From assembly GCA_963811165.1 (NCBI GenBank), contig CAWEQH010000010.1, positions 1,024,001 to 1,088,000 on the forward strand: a stretch of 64,000 nucleotides of DNA, given 5' to 3'. Positions within the stretch are counted from its first letter, which is position 1. Each line of letters opens with the position of its first letter. Source of the DNA: an uncultured Nitrospiraceae bacterium (lineage in GTDB: Bacteria > Nitrospirota > Thermodesulfovibrionia > Thermodesulfovibrionales > UBA6898). This document shows, one piece after another, positions 40,095 to 50,598 of this stretch. Below the pieces are notes generated by a model. The model was given only the letters and a program-made list of their open reading frames with translations. It made no database searches and was not told the DNA's origin. The translations under genes were made by a program, and so were the position numbers.

Positions 40095-40799
40095 TTAAGG
40101 GTTCGAAATCGTCACCTGGACGATGACCGTACTCACAGTGTCCGTGACGGTTAAAGTGGCAATTGCTGTGGTGCCACTTGCCGGACATGTGCCGGGTGTT
40201 ACCGAAAATTTCCCGTTTGTCGTAAGAGTGGTTGTTGAAAGCGTAACGAGCCCAGTTGGCGATGCGGCAACGCTGTAGTTACTGAGTGTACCGCCTGTTA
40301 CCGTAAATATCTGGGATGTCGGCACTCCTGTCGTTCCGGAACAACTTAAGGCAGCCGATGTCGGTGACACCGCAAGCGGGGCCGGTGGAAGGTTCTTTGT
40401 TGCACTCCAGTCCCCTGATCCGTCCGAACCTGTGCTTGTATATGTTCCGGACATTGTCTTCCAATCAGGGCCTGCGGTGCCGGCCAAGGTTGTGGTTGTT
40501 CCATCTAGGTTATTAAGAGTAAGAGCAACATCATTGCCGCTTACAGTCCCCGTGATTGTGGCGCCATCCGACTTTGTTCCCGAAATAGTATTGTCCGTTT
40601 GTGTCAGGGTGCAAGGTATTGCTGCGAGTGTGGATGCGCCGGACGGGGTAAGAAATAAATTCCAGCTGCCGCTCACGTCTCCTTCATTGGGAAAGCTGCG
40701 GAATGTGCCCCCACAGCCAAATAGAGATACAGATAAGATTACCACAAAAAGACAGAGTAATAATGCCTTGGGCCAATCCTTTGTGACACACTTTCCCAT
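40095..40799 (-). CDS. Thr/Ser-rich lipoprotein
   Basis: Lipobox LFGC; beta-rich, Thr-rich composition; RBS GGAGG. Confidence 0.78.
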   Translation of the reverse strand: MGKCVTKDWPKALLLCLFVVILSVSLFGCGGTFRSFPNEGDVSGSWNLFLTPSGASTLAAIPCTLTQTDNTISGTKSDGATITGTVSGNDVALTLNNLDGTTTTLAGTAGPDWKTMSGTYTSTGSDGSGDWSATKNLPPAPLAVSPTSAALSCSGTTGVPTSQIFTVTGGTLSNYSVAASPTGLVTLSTTTLTTNGKFSVTPGTCPASGTTAIATLTVTDTVSTVIVQVTISNP

Positions 40800-40926
40800 G
40801 CTTCCTACCTCCGAAGATTACAGATTACCGCTTCAAATATACCATATCCGGTGAGAGACTGGAAAGCGATGTTTCAGTCAGCCTTTACAAATGGATTTAG
40901 CCCGGCGCTAAAATGTATCATTAAAT

Positions 40927-41142
40927 ATGGGACCGCGATTGTATCTCAAAGTGGGAGATTCGGTGAGACATCTCCGGTATAACTTTTGGGGAAAGGGGCA
41001 GGTGGTCGAAGAAAAACACTCCTCCCTTTCAGGCGGTTTCTGCATGGTCAGGGTCCTCTTCGCCGACGGCAAGGAAAGGTCCTTTATCAACGACCTTGAT
41101 AATGAGTGCTGCTGTTACTATTCCGGCATCAGGCTTCTGTAG
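40927..41142 (+). CDS. Small SH3-like conserved protein (DUF3553-like)
   Basis: LKVGDSVRH....WGKG.VVEE, VRV.F.DG.ERSF, C-terminal CCCYY. Confidence 0.75.
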   Translation: MGPRLYLKVGDSVRHLRYNFWGKGQVVEEKHSSLSGGFCMVRVLFADGKERSFINDLDNECCCYYSGIRLL

Positions 41143-41252
41143 CATCCTGTTTTGAAGTCGAGGCGGTCCCGCAGAGGTCCCGGTTAATTCGCCTTGGAAA
41201 AAATATCTTCTCTCCTTTTTTCCCGCCGTATGGGCCTTTCCCACCCATATGC

Positions 41253-42140
41253 TTAGATCGATTGAACAGCCTCGGCAATAACATCCCTCACGCCTCTATG
41301 GAAAACAATCGAGGCATGGTTTAAAGGGAAATTAAGGTGTTCGTCTGCATAAGGGAGCACCGAGCTTGAGGCCGATACAAGGCCGTCGCCGTGCCCGTCC
41401 CTCATCTCTTCGGGGAACATCTTCTCCGGTACCACACCGGCAAGCAGTTGCGGCAGCGGCAGTGCAAGTGCCCTGAAAAGGTCCGGGTCCGTACCGCCGA
41501 TAGAAATATACTTAGCCCCTTTCACCTTCTCGTCTTTCAGTCTCCCGTAAAAGTCCGATCCGGGCAGCAGTTCCTTCAGCCCGCTGCTGCCCAGGAACCT
41601 CAGTATCTTGCGGAATGCCGTATCAGCCTCTTTCCTGTCGAAGTTTTTCAAAAGACGGGTCACTGCGTTCGCCAGGGGCGACATAAATACGGCCCATTTT
41701 GCCAATGACGTACCTCCGTGCGGAGTAGAGAGTGTTATCACTGCCCGTGTCGTATCCGCACCGGCCTCGAGATATTTTCTCGCTATGAGCCCCCCTCTGC
41801 TGTGGCAGATAAAAAACACCCCCTCATGCGCTTGTTCCGGGTGTTTTAGGAGGATTTGTCCGAGTTCCCCGACCGCAACCGATATCGGACCTGCCGGTCT
41901 GGACTGAGACCAGGTGAGAACACTGAATCCAAGCCCCTCAAGGTCTTGGTAAGACGTCCGCATTTCAACGTCCTTTCCAAGCAGGACGCTTAAAGGATAC
42001 CTCCCGCCAAGCACCCTCGCCCGGGCAGGGTCTGTCCAGAAGTCCGCATCCATGCCAAGGCCATGAATGAAGACAACAAGAGGTTTATGCTTGTCTCCTT
42101 CGCGGAACCGTATATCGAGTTTCACCAGTTTTTCCTTCAT
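41253..42140 (-). CDS. Alpha/beta-hydrolase (lipase/PGAP1-like)
   Basis: VFIHGLG, CHSRGG nucleophile elbow, TPHGGT, GDGLVS, NH. Confidence 0.85.
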   Translation of the reverse strand: MKEKLVKLDIRFREGDKHKPLVVFIHGLGMDADFWTDPARARVLGGRYPLSVLLGKDVEMRTSYQDLEGLGFSVLTWSQSRPAGPISVAVGELGQILLKHPEQAHEGVFFICHSRGGLIARKYLEAGADTTRAVITLSTPHGGTSLAKWAVFMSPLANAVTRLLKNFDRKEADTAFRKILRFLGSSGLKELLPGSDFYGRLKDEKVKGAKYISIGGTDPDLFRALALPLPQLLAGVVPEKMFPEEMRDGHGDGLVSASSSVLPYADEHLNFPLNHASIVFHRGVRDVIAEAVQSI

Positions 42141-42207
42141 AGAAAGTGTATTGATGAATTATAACAGACTGGAAGAGGGCGCAAAGATTCACCGTCAAAA
42201 AATAAGA

Positions 42208-42341
42208 ACTGGGTAAGGACGGCTTTTTCGCTCATTCTCGTCCCGAAAAGTTGGTAGCGGGACTCCGAGGCAATTTCTCGACTCGCCGTATGCGAGTCAA
42301 AACGAGAAATTGAAGCCGCTCAAATGCCGTCCTCACTCAGT
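42208..42341 (-). repeat. Structured repeat family, copy A
   Basis: Minus strand: stem ACTGAGTGAGGACGGC, GAGCGG, hairpin, CCTCGGA, hairpin, GAGAATGAGCG, closing stem GCCGTCCTTACCCAGT. Confidence 0.85.
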
Positions 42342-42450
42342 GGTCGCGTATAGGCTGTAAGGACTAGGTTGTTTTGCCTGCTGCATGCTGATACACTTTG
42401 TTCATGGAGCCGATAATCAGACATAGGATTTTTTATCCAAAAGGCTGCTC

Positions 42451-43836
42451 ATGAAAGAGTATGACGTCGTAGTTATCGGTTCCGGAGCTGCGCTTCATAT
42501 TGTCGAAAATGCCATGTCCCATGGGTTTTCTACGGCACTGATCGACCGGGGGCCTCTTGGCGGGACCTGCCTCAATGTGGGCTGCATACCGTCAAAGATG
42601 CTCATCTATCCCGGCGACAGGGTCATGGAGATCATGGATTCGGAGAAACTCGGCGTGACCGCAGAGATAAGGGATATCGACTTCAATGCGATCATGAAGA
42701 GGATGGTAAGGACGGTATCCAGGGGTGAAGCCCATATAAGGGAGGTCATCCGGCTGGCCGAGGAACTTGATTTCTACGAGGGACAGGGACATTTCATCGC
42801 CGAACGCACACTTGAGGTAAACGGCGAGCAGGTCAGGGGGAAGAGGATATTCATCGCCTCCGGGGTCAGACCCCAGGTACCCCCTATCCCGGGAATAGAC
42901 ATGATAGATTTTCTGACCAACGAGAGTCTGCTTCGTCTAAAGACGAGACCGGAAAGCCTTATCATTCTGGGGGGTGGCTACATAGCCGCGGAATATGCCC
43001 ATTTTTTTTCGGCCATGGGCAGCGCAGTTACCATACTTCAGAGAAACAAGAGGATCGTGCCTGACGAAGAGCCCGAGGTATCCGAGCTCCTGAGAAAAAA
43101 GCTCGGAGCGCGAATGAAGGTGTTTACGAATACGGAGGCGGTCTCGATAAGGAAATCGGGGCGGGACTGCGAAGTCACCGCCAGGGAGAGAGGGTCCGGC
43201 AAAGAAAGAAAATTCTCAGCCGAAAAGATCCTCCTTGCCAGCGGAAGGACCTCGAATGCCGATCTTTTGAGGGTCCAGGATACCGGGGTCGAGACAGATA
43301 AACGGAACTTCATAAAGGTAAACGAATATTTCGAGACGAGCACGAAAAATATATGGGCCTTCGGCGACGCGCTCGGGAAAAAGATGTTCAGACATGTTGC
43401 AAACAAAGAGGCGGCCGCCGTCTTTCGCAATGCCTTTCACAATTCGAAGGAAACGGTCGATTACCTCGCTGCGCCGCACGCGGTTTTTACCTGGCCCGAG
43501 ATCGCATCGGTCGGCCTCACCGAAGAAGAAGCGAGACGGCGGTACCATATCCATGATCTTCTTGTGGGCAGGGCAAACTATTCAGACGTTGCACGCGGAG
43601 AAGCGATGATGGAGGAGGAGGGTTTCTGTAAAGCGATCGTAAAAAAAGACGGGGACAAGATACTCGGGTTCCATATCATCGGCCCGCATGCCTCAATCCT
43701 TATCCAGGAGGTAATCATCGCAATGGCAAATAACCTGAACATCTGGGCAATGAATAAAGGTATGCATATCCATCCCTCTTTGTCCGAAGTGATCATGGCC
43801 GCCCTGGGCAACCTCGAAGAAGCCGGAGCAGCATAG
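42451..43836 (+). CDS. Class I pyridine nucleotide-disulfide oxidoreductase (dihydrolipoamide dehydrogenase / mycothione reductase-like)
   Basis: GGTCLNVGCIPSK, GGGYIAAEY, PHAVFT.PEIASVG, HIHPSLSE. No E1/E2 genes adjacent. Confidence 0.9.
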   Translation: MKEYDVVVIGSGAALHIVENAMSHGFSTALIDRGPLGGTCLNVGCIPSKMLIYPGDRVMEIMDSEKLGVTAEIRDIDFNAIMKRMVRTVSRGEAHIREVIRLAEELDFYEGQGHFIAERTLEVNGEQVRGKRIFIASGVRPQVPPIPGIDMIDFLTNESLLRLKTRPESLIILGGGYIAAEYAHFFSAMGSAVTILQRNKRIVPDEEPEVSELLRKKLGARMKVFTNTEAVSIRKSGRDCEVTARERGSGKERKFSAEKILLASGRTSNADLLRVQDTGVETDKRNFIKVNEYFETSTKNIWAFGDALGKKMFRHVANKEAAAVFRNAFHNSKETVDYLAAPHAVFTWPEIASVGLTEEEARRRYHIHDLLVGRANYSDVARGEAMMEEEGFCKAIVKKDGDKILGFHIIGPHASILIQEVIIAMANNLNIWAMNKGMHIHPSLSEVIMAALGNLEEAGAA

Positions 43837-44237
43837 GTCTCTTCTTCCTGCCGGCGCTGCCGTTATTGAAAGTATTTTCTCGCCATTTCAAGCTTTTTTT
43901 CTGAAAGACTTCAAGGCTGCTCCCCCCTTCGAGGGCATGATGTCGAGGCCGTAAAATCGGACTTTTTCGGTTTTAATAGTTGCTTTAATTCATAATTATA
44001 TAGTTTCGAAATATCTTGACATTTGTTTTCCTTTTGCTTATCCTATGAAAAATAATTCTCAATTTCGGTGACAGGGGTTGATAATGCTCATAAGACATTT
44101 GTCCCAGTTTGCCAACAGTAGGCCTTCCACCAGGCTCAGCAGCCCGATGCAATCCGTAATTACCTTTCCCCATTTCTTAAGGAAATCCAGTTCATGAACT
44201 TTTGATCAAAAGTAAAAATAACTTTTAGGGGGTACCG

Positions 44238-45703
44238 ATGAAGGTATTAAAAGTGTCATTTCAGTTCGTTGCAGCAGTCATTTTGTCGTTGTTTCCTTTA
44301 GGCGCTTCGTCGAATGCGACTACCGACCATACAACACTGATAAAAGGGCCTTTCAAAAACGGGGAAGAAGTGACAAAGGCATGCCTTCAGTGTCACGAGA
44401 AACAGGCGGATGAAGTCATGCAGACCCCCCATTACAAATGGAAAGGAGTTCCGCGAACGGTAAAAGGCCTCGAAAACAGTAAGGAGGAATACGGCAAGGC
44501 AAATCTGGTCAATAACTTCTGCACCGACGTCGAGGGCGGCAGCAGGCCCTTCTGCATCAAATGTCATGCGGGCTACGGTTGGACGGAAAATGGCTCCCTG
44601 CCTGCGGAAAAGTCCAAGGTCGACTGTCTTGTGTGTCATGCGAAAGAAGGCAGATACAGAAAGGGCATCGGCGGAGAGGTAGACCAGGAGTTGTTCTCAA
44701 GGGGGAAAATGGACCTCGTAAAGGCGGCCCAGAGTGTAAGCCTGCCCAACCGGGACAACTGCGGGGTCTGCCATTTCTTCGGTGGGGGGGAGACGCGGTC
44801 AAGCATGGCGACCTGGATTCTACACTTAGTAAACCCAAGAAGGCGCATGACGTCCACATGGGCGGGCCGGCCGACATGAACTGTCAGGCATGTCATGTCT
44901 CTAAGGATCACAGGATCGCAGGGGCCTCTACCTTTTTGGCCACGAACGACGGAAGGGTCTCCTGCGAGGACTGCCACAGAGACCCGCACAAGGACTCTTC
45001 GGAGCATAAACTTCTCTTAAGACATTCAAAAACCGTCGCATGTCAGACATGCCACATCCCGGTCTTTGCAAAAGGACAGGCCACAAAGATGAGCTGGGAC
45101 TGGTCAGACGTCGGAAAGGACCTTGAGCCGACTGAGACATTCGGCAAAGAGACGTTTGCCAAACACAAAGGGACCTTTGTATGGGCCATGAATGTAACGC
45201 CGAGTTACGCATGGTATAACGGTAAAATCGAGAGATATCTTAAGGGAGATAAGATAAAAAACCCGAGCCAGACAGTCTATCTCTCACGGCCGGTCGGAAA
45301 CATAAAAGACGAAGACTCCAAAATCTATCCCTTCAAGATCCACAGGGGCAAACAGCCCATGGATTCACAGTATAAATATCTTTCGATTTTCCAGAATTAC
45401 GGCGGATTGTGGTCCCATTATAACTGGCAAAAGGCGCTGACGGACGGCGCAAAGGCCTCGGGTCTTCCCTATAGCGGCAAGTTCGAGTTCGTCTCCACCG
45501 CCTTCTACGGAAGTATAAACCATGAAGTCGTTCCCAAGGAACAGGCCCTGAAATGCGGGGACTGCCATTTTGGCAAAGACACGCGGCTTGACTGGAAGGC
45601 CCTCGGCTATGCCGGCGACCCAATGAGGGTAGGAGGAAGGTTTGAAAAAACATCGAAAGAAACTGCAGTCAGAAAGGTTTTAAAAAAAGCAGCCGTTAAA
45701 TAA
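44238..45703 (+). CDS. Octaheme tetrathionate reductase (Otr)-family cytochrome c; frameshift at G7 run 44784-44790
   Basis: Signal peptide, GK...NNFC, four CxxCH before and four after the shift. One added G restores CHFFGGGGDAVKHGDLD. Confidence 0.9.
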
Positions 45704-45754
45704 AACAACAAAAGAGCGGCCTTAATTGCCGCTTCGGAAAAAAAGGAGGAAGGT

Positions 45755-46075
45755 ATGAAAAGAGTTTCAAGTGCAGCTACGGTCCTGGCCCTGATGATTT
45801 TCTGTCTGTCCATAGTCGCCGCTGTTGCGGTGGCGGAGGACAAAATCAGCGTAAAAGGCAAGATCAAGGACTATGACCTTGACGCCAAAACCGTGTTGGT
45901 CACGACCGACGACGGCAAAGACATGACGTTCGTTATAGAAAACGAAAAGGCCCTTCAAAAACTCGATGACAGACTCTTTAAGGGGGACGAGGTAAAGGTC
46001 AAATACACCGTTAAGGACGGCAAAAACTGCGTCAGGGAAAACAGCGACTTCAAAGGCACAAAACCAGGCTGCTGA
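45755..46075 (+). CDS. Small exported OB-fold-like protein ending in Gly-Cys
   Basis: Signal peptide AVA-ED; VKGKIK..D...KTV.V...GDEVKVKY; C-terminus KPGC; strong RBS. Confidence 0.85.
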   Translation: MKRVSSAATVLALMIFCLSIVAAVAVAEDKISVKGKIKDYDLDAKTVLVTTDDGKDMTFVIENEKALQKLDDRLFKGDEVKVKYTVKDGKNCVRENSDFKGTKPGC

Positions 46076-46104
46076 GCGGCCGAACGTTCCAAGGAGGTGT
46101 TCGA

Positions 46105-47695
46105 ATGAAAGTATTCCTTGCGGTACTGCTCTCTCTTTCTCTTTTTGTCCCGGTCTCTGCCTTTGCGGCCGATCAGGCAGAACTGATGAAAAAGATAGAC
46201 GACATGTCAAGGCAGCTACAGGAGCTGAAGCAGCAGATGCAGGACATGCAGAAAAAAGAGACCGCAGCAACGGAGAAGATCAAGAAGGTCGAAAAAAAGG
46301 TCGAAGACGGCCTCAAAGCCGTCGTGGCTTGAAATCGGCGGCGATTACAGGGGCAGGTATGACTACCTCAAAGGCACGGTCCACGACTACTACAGCTTTA
46401 CCCAGGTCCTGCCGTTTTTCCTCGGCATGCCCGGCGCACAGGCGCCGCAGCTGATTCAGGCCCACGACGTAAAGAACGATGCTCTTTTGACAAACCGTTT
46501 CGGGCTTAACCTCAAGGCAAGGGCGACTGAAGACATCACGGTAAAGGCAAGATTGCTGATGTACAAGGTTTGGGGACATGAGACGGACGAGCCTGTCGCA
46601 GGCCCCACGAGCGCATTTTTTGCCGACAAGTTTTTTGTCTTCGACGGCAATGTTTCTCATATCCCTGAAGACAATGTCCTCAGGGTAGACCAGGCATTTG
46701 CAACATGGTCAAATATTGGAAAACTCCCCGTATGGTTTTCTGTCGGCAGACGGCCCTCAACAGGAGGCGTCCCGACCAATTTAAGACAAAACGTCGAAAA
46801 AAGCGGAAGCTCGGGGGTGCCGGGGCTTCTTGTAGACTACGCATTCGACGGCGCGACGCTGGGCGTTGCCCCGGACATAGACGCCCTGCCCGGCGCATAT
46901 GCAAAAATCTGTTATGGAAGGGGCTTTGACGCGGGGTTCAAGTCCTCGGATAAGGGCCTCAATAATGTGGACTTCATGGGCGTAAATGTGGTCCCCTACG
47001 ACACCGACAATCTCCATGTCGAGCTTCAGTGGGACCGCGGGTTCCAGTTTTTCGCTTTTCCGGAGAACACGTTTAGTCCCTTATTCAACGCCAGCAATAC
47101 AAATCTCGGTGACATAGACCAGTACGGCGCACTCGTTATGGGGAAGATTAAAGACATCGGGATCGGCGACCTCAATCTTTTCGTAAACGGCGCCGTAAGC
47201 CGGTCACATCCCAACGATAACCTCTTTTCCATCGACACGCCTTCGGGACCCGTTCCCGTTGCCGGTCTCCTTTATGACGCACCGAATTTCGGCGGGGTAA
47301 AGGAAGGCCACACCGGCACGGCCCTTTATCTGGGCACGAGATATGATATTACGTCTACGGGCACCAAAATTGGTCTGGAATATAATTACGGCTCCAAGTA
47401 CTGGGTGGCCTTCACACCGGCCTCGGACGATATGTGGACAAGCAAGCTCGGGGCCCACGGAAATGTCTATGAGGCATATGTCATCCAGGAGATCAAAAGC
47501 AAGCCGATATCAAAGTACGGCAAGGCCTTCTTCAGGCTGGGGTATCAGTATTACGATTTCAACTACACAGGAAGCAACAACTGGGTGGGAGCGCCGAAAA
47601 GCATGTCGGATTTGAACAACCCAATGAACGCCCAGATGTTTGCACCTCTTGAGAAGGCCCATGACGTATATCTGACCTTTGAGGTAACGTTCTAA
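46105..47695 (+). CDS. DUF3373-type outer-membrane (porin-like) protein; frameshift near 46290-46320
   Basis: Signal peptide and coiled coil, then in the next frame PSWLEIGGDYRGRYD...LTNRFGLNL...SVGRRPSTGG.P...; C-terminal Phe (FEVTF). Confidence 0.85.
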
Positions 47696-47706
47696 CGTGC
47701 CGTTAC

Positions 47707-47744
47707 ACGCGCCGTGCGGCTGATGCCGCACGGCGCGTCATTTT
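47707..47744 (+). terminator. Intrinsic terminator of the otr operon
   Basis: Perfect 14-bp stem ACGCGCCGTGCGGC-TGAT-GCCGCACGGCGCGT followed by CATTTT. Confidence 0.8.
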
Positions 47745-47864
47745 GAACATATATGGCCCTTGAAATGTCTCTCCCTGCCCTGCCCTCTTCGCGGCCCCGC
47801 CTGCCATGGTCACATCCACCTATCGAACTAAAATCCAAATTATTTTTCCTGAATTTTCCCATCC

Positions 47865-50192
47865 TTACCACTTCAAAAAGAGCCTTCTGAGATTCCTCCA
47901 TTCAGCGGCAGGGCCGTCGGCCTTTTCGAGCACAAAATCACTATAGGTCTTTATAACGAGGCCGTCGTCCTTTTCGGTTATCTTGACCGCGCCGTCCCTG
48001 TCGGTCCTGAAAACCTTGACACCTGATAGTCTTTCAAGGACATCAGGACTCGGATGACCGAAGGAATTGTCCCTGCCCACCGAAATGACAGCGACAGAGG
48101 GAGAGACACTCGAAATAAACTCAGGACCGGCGGACGTCCTGCTGCCGTGATGGGGAACCTTAATTACATCTGCGCGAAGCCATTTCGTAAGATGGGAGAT
48201 GTCCCGCTCCGCTTCTCCCCCTGTGTCCCCTGCGAAAAGGAATGTCTTCTTTCGTCCCTTTATACTAAGCACAAGAGACGAGTTGTTTTCTTCTTCATAG
48301 TCATTGCCGTCGCGGGTGTAGAATTCCCTGTAGGGATGGAGCACGGTTATGCTGCAATCTCCGGCATCGATCATGTCTCCCCTTTCGAGCGTCCTCCGCT
48401 TTGCCTTCAGCCCCATCTCCTCAGGATACACGATCCGGCCATTGTCCCAGATTTCCCTTGTTTGGAACTTCTCCATAAGATAGCCGAGCCCGCCTGAGTG
48501 GTCGGGATGGACATGGCTTATGACGAGGGCATCTATCGACCGCATACCTTCGTAGGCAAGATATGCAGCCGTCTCCTTCCCGGTCCTTCCCGTATCGATG
48601 ACGATTACCCTTTTGTCGGGCAGCCGGACAACAGCGGAATCACCCTGCCCGACGTCAAGAAAAGTTACGCTCAATGCCCCCTTTTCAAAAGCGACCAGTG
48701 CGGCAAAAACGGCCAGCGGCAAAAACGGCAGAAGAAGCCATTTCTTCTTCCTGCCGAAAAAGAAATATGGGATAAAACCGAGGTAGAACACTATGCAAAG
48801 GACCGGAGGGAATGCGGGAAGTTTGACGTCCGCAAAAGGTACTTTCGCCAGGAGCTTGACAAGAGCGACCGAGGCATCTGCCGTCCACGACACAAAAGGG
48901 GCGAAGAGGTAGTGTCCTGTGAGCAGAAATGTAAAGGAGGATACCACCGCCAGCCCCACAAGGACAAAACCTATAAGCGGCGAGGCGATAAGGTTTGAAA
49001 GAGGCGAAATGAGGGAGAAGTAGTGGAAGTAAAAGGCCACAAGAGGGGCCGTGCCCAGTGACGCCGCCAGTGTAAGTGAAACGGATTGCTTCACGTGATG
49101 AACCAGTCTGTTTCCCTTATCTTCTTCTTCATCATCCCCCTTCTCCAGTGCAACGCCTATGAAGAACACTGCTATGAAGGACAGCCGAAAGGAAATGCTC
49201 TGGAGCACTTCGGGATTCCATAGCACCAAAAGACAGGCAGCTAAAAGGAGGGAATTCAGCCAAAACCCTTTTCTGCCCAGAAGGAGAGCAAGAAGGAAAA
49301 GGGTTATCATAACAAACGACCTGACCGCAGGAGGACTGGAACCCGAGATGCCCAGGTACAGGACCATTACCGGCATCGTAAGGACCGCAGCGGCCTGAGA
49401 CGGCGTTACGTAGATCGTCATCCTCTGCAACATTCCGTAAGGCAGTCTTTTTATCAAAAAGACGAACGTTCCGAACATCATAACGGAAAAAAGACCGAAG
49501 TGTGTACCGGAGATGCTGAGGATGTGCGCAAGCCCCGTCACGTTGAACGCCTCTTTCAGGTCATCTCCAAGGTAGGACGTCTCGCCGGTCGTCACCGACG
49601 CGATGAGGGCCGCCGAGTCCTTCCGGAACCTGCCCAAGACATACTCATTGATGCGTTTTCTCAATTTGTTGAAGTAATTCGTAATGGACGGGGAAGCGCG
49701 GCCTGCAACCCTCAGCTCCGCTGCCTCACCGTACAGCTTCACCTGCCCCCAGCCTCCCGGGTTTCTGCGCGACCTGTCCTTACCGGTCTTCAAAAGGACT
49801 TCGTACTCTTCGTCTGAGTCGGCCTCGAAGTCTGTAAAGACGGTTGCATCCTTATCCTGGAGGTCTTCGATCTCCGAGTCGGATTCATCTTCTAAGGCAG
49901 TGTCTATCGAGAAGGTTTTCGCATCGCTACCGGGAAACGGAGCATTACTGCTAGGCAGGAACCTCCCCGTCAGTATCAGTTTTTTGTTCCAGAGATCAAG
50001 TGTTTCCACCCCGGGCGAAAATCTTACATAGGCATAAGAAATACCTAGGACGACAATCAGGAGCAACACATATCTTTTCCTCCTCACGATGAGGACCGCG
50101 GCGGCCGCAAGGAGTATGGCGGATGTGATCGGGAAAAAACGGAACAAAGAAAAAAGCGCCGTCCCGTAGATAAAAGAAATAAAACCCATCAT
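47865..50192 (-). CDS. comEC: DNA uptake competence protein ComEC/Rec2
   Basis: GLAHILSISGTH, SFRLSF, FLDVGQGD, SHVHPDHSGG, KVPHHGS, FGHP, RTDRDGAV. Confidence 0.93.
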   Translation of the reverse strand: MMGFISFIYGTALFSLFRFFPITSAILLAAAAVLIVRRKRYVLLLIVVLGISYAYVRFSPGVETLDLWNKKLILTGRFLPSSNAPFPGSDAKTFSIDTALEDESDSEIEDLQDKDATVFTDFEADSDEEYEVLLKTGKDRSRRNPGGWGQVKLYGEAAELRVAGRASPSITNYFNKLRKRINEYVLGRFRKDSAALIASVTTGETSYLGDDLKEAFNVTGLAHILSISGTHFGLFSVMMFGTFVFLIKRLPYGMLQRMTIYVTPSQAAAVLTMPVMVLYLGISGSSPPAVRSFVMITLFLLALLLGRKGFWLNSLLLAACLLVLWNPEVLQSISFRLSFIAVFFIGVALEKGDDEEEDKGNRLVHHVKQSVSLTLAASLGTAPLVAFYFHYFSLISPLSNLIASPLIGFVLVGLAVVSSFTFLLTGHYLFAPFVSWTADASVALVKLLAKVPFADVKLPAFPPVLCIVFYLGFIPYFFFGRKKKWLLLPFLPLAVFAALVAFEKGALSVTFLDVGQGDSAVVRLPDKRVIVIDTGRTGKETAAYLAYEGMRSIDALVISHVHPDHSGGLGYLMEKFQTREIWDNGRIVYPEEMGLKAKRRTLERGDMIDAGDCSITVLHPYREFYTRDGNDYEEENNSSLVLSIKGRKKTFLFAGDTGGEAERDISHLTKWLRADVIKVPHHGSRTSAGPEFISSVSPSVAVISVGRDNSFGHPSPDVLERLSGVKVFRTDRDGAVKITEKDDGLVIKTYSDFVLEKADGPAAEWRNLRRLFLKW

Positions 50193-50220
50193 CGCCGGAA
50201 CAAAACCCCTGACTCACATG

Positions 50221-50347
50221 ATAAGGCGGGATATGGTATTTGAGCGGTTTTTTTTGCCGATATTCCGAAAGTCTGTTTATTTGCGATGAAGAGGCAAAAG
50301 CCTCGGAGCGAAGCGAGAATGAGCGAAAATACTATATCCCGCCTTAT
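50221..50347 (+). repeat. Structured repeat family, copy B
   Basis: 21-bp closing stem, GAGCGG, TTTTGCC..GGCAAAAG arm, CCTCGGA, GCGAAGC, GAGAATGAGCG. Confidence 0.85.
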
Positions 50348-50443
50348 ATTTTGCACAGGTCCGCTGCGTCCCCCCATAAGACGATCCCCCGATCTACACA
50401 ATTTATTTCATCAGCCCAAAGCCATCGCAAAGGATTCAATCCA

Positions 50444-50557
50444 AGGGCAGGCATGGTATTGGAGCGACTTCTTTTATCCCGATGAATATCGGGAGAAAAG
50501 CCCTCGGAGATCCGCTTCCTGCGGATCGAGAATGAGCTACGATACTATGTCTGCCCT
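50444..50557 (+). repeat. Structured repeat family, copy C
   Basis: 18-bp closing stem with 3 G-T pairs, GAGCGA, TCCCGAT-GAAT-ATCGGGA, CCTCGGA, GATCCGC..GCGGATC, GAGAATGAGC. Confidence 0.85.
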
Positions 50558-50598
50558 ATTCCCATATTATCTCAACATTACCATCCCAATACCAAAGG

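Noticed and set aside
46073..46108. Selenocysteine read-through of GGC-TGC-TGA, with a hairpin following and a next in-frame TGA overlapping the porin ATG
   Set aside because: The hairpin loop lacks the leading G of bacterial SECIS elements and sits close to the UGA. It is better explained as a stem covering the next RBS, and the frame coincidence is about one in three.
50221..50557. glmS ribozyme near glmM
   Set aside because: No AGCGCC/GACGAGG core, and no glmS downstream.
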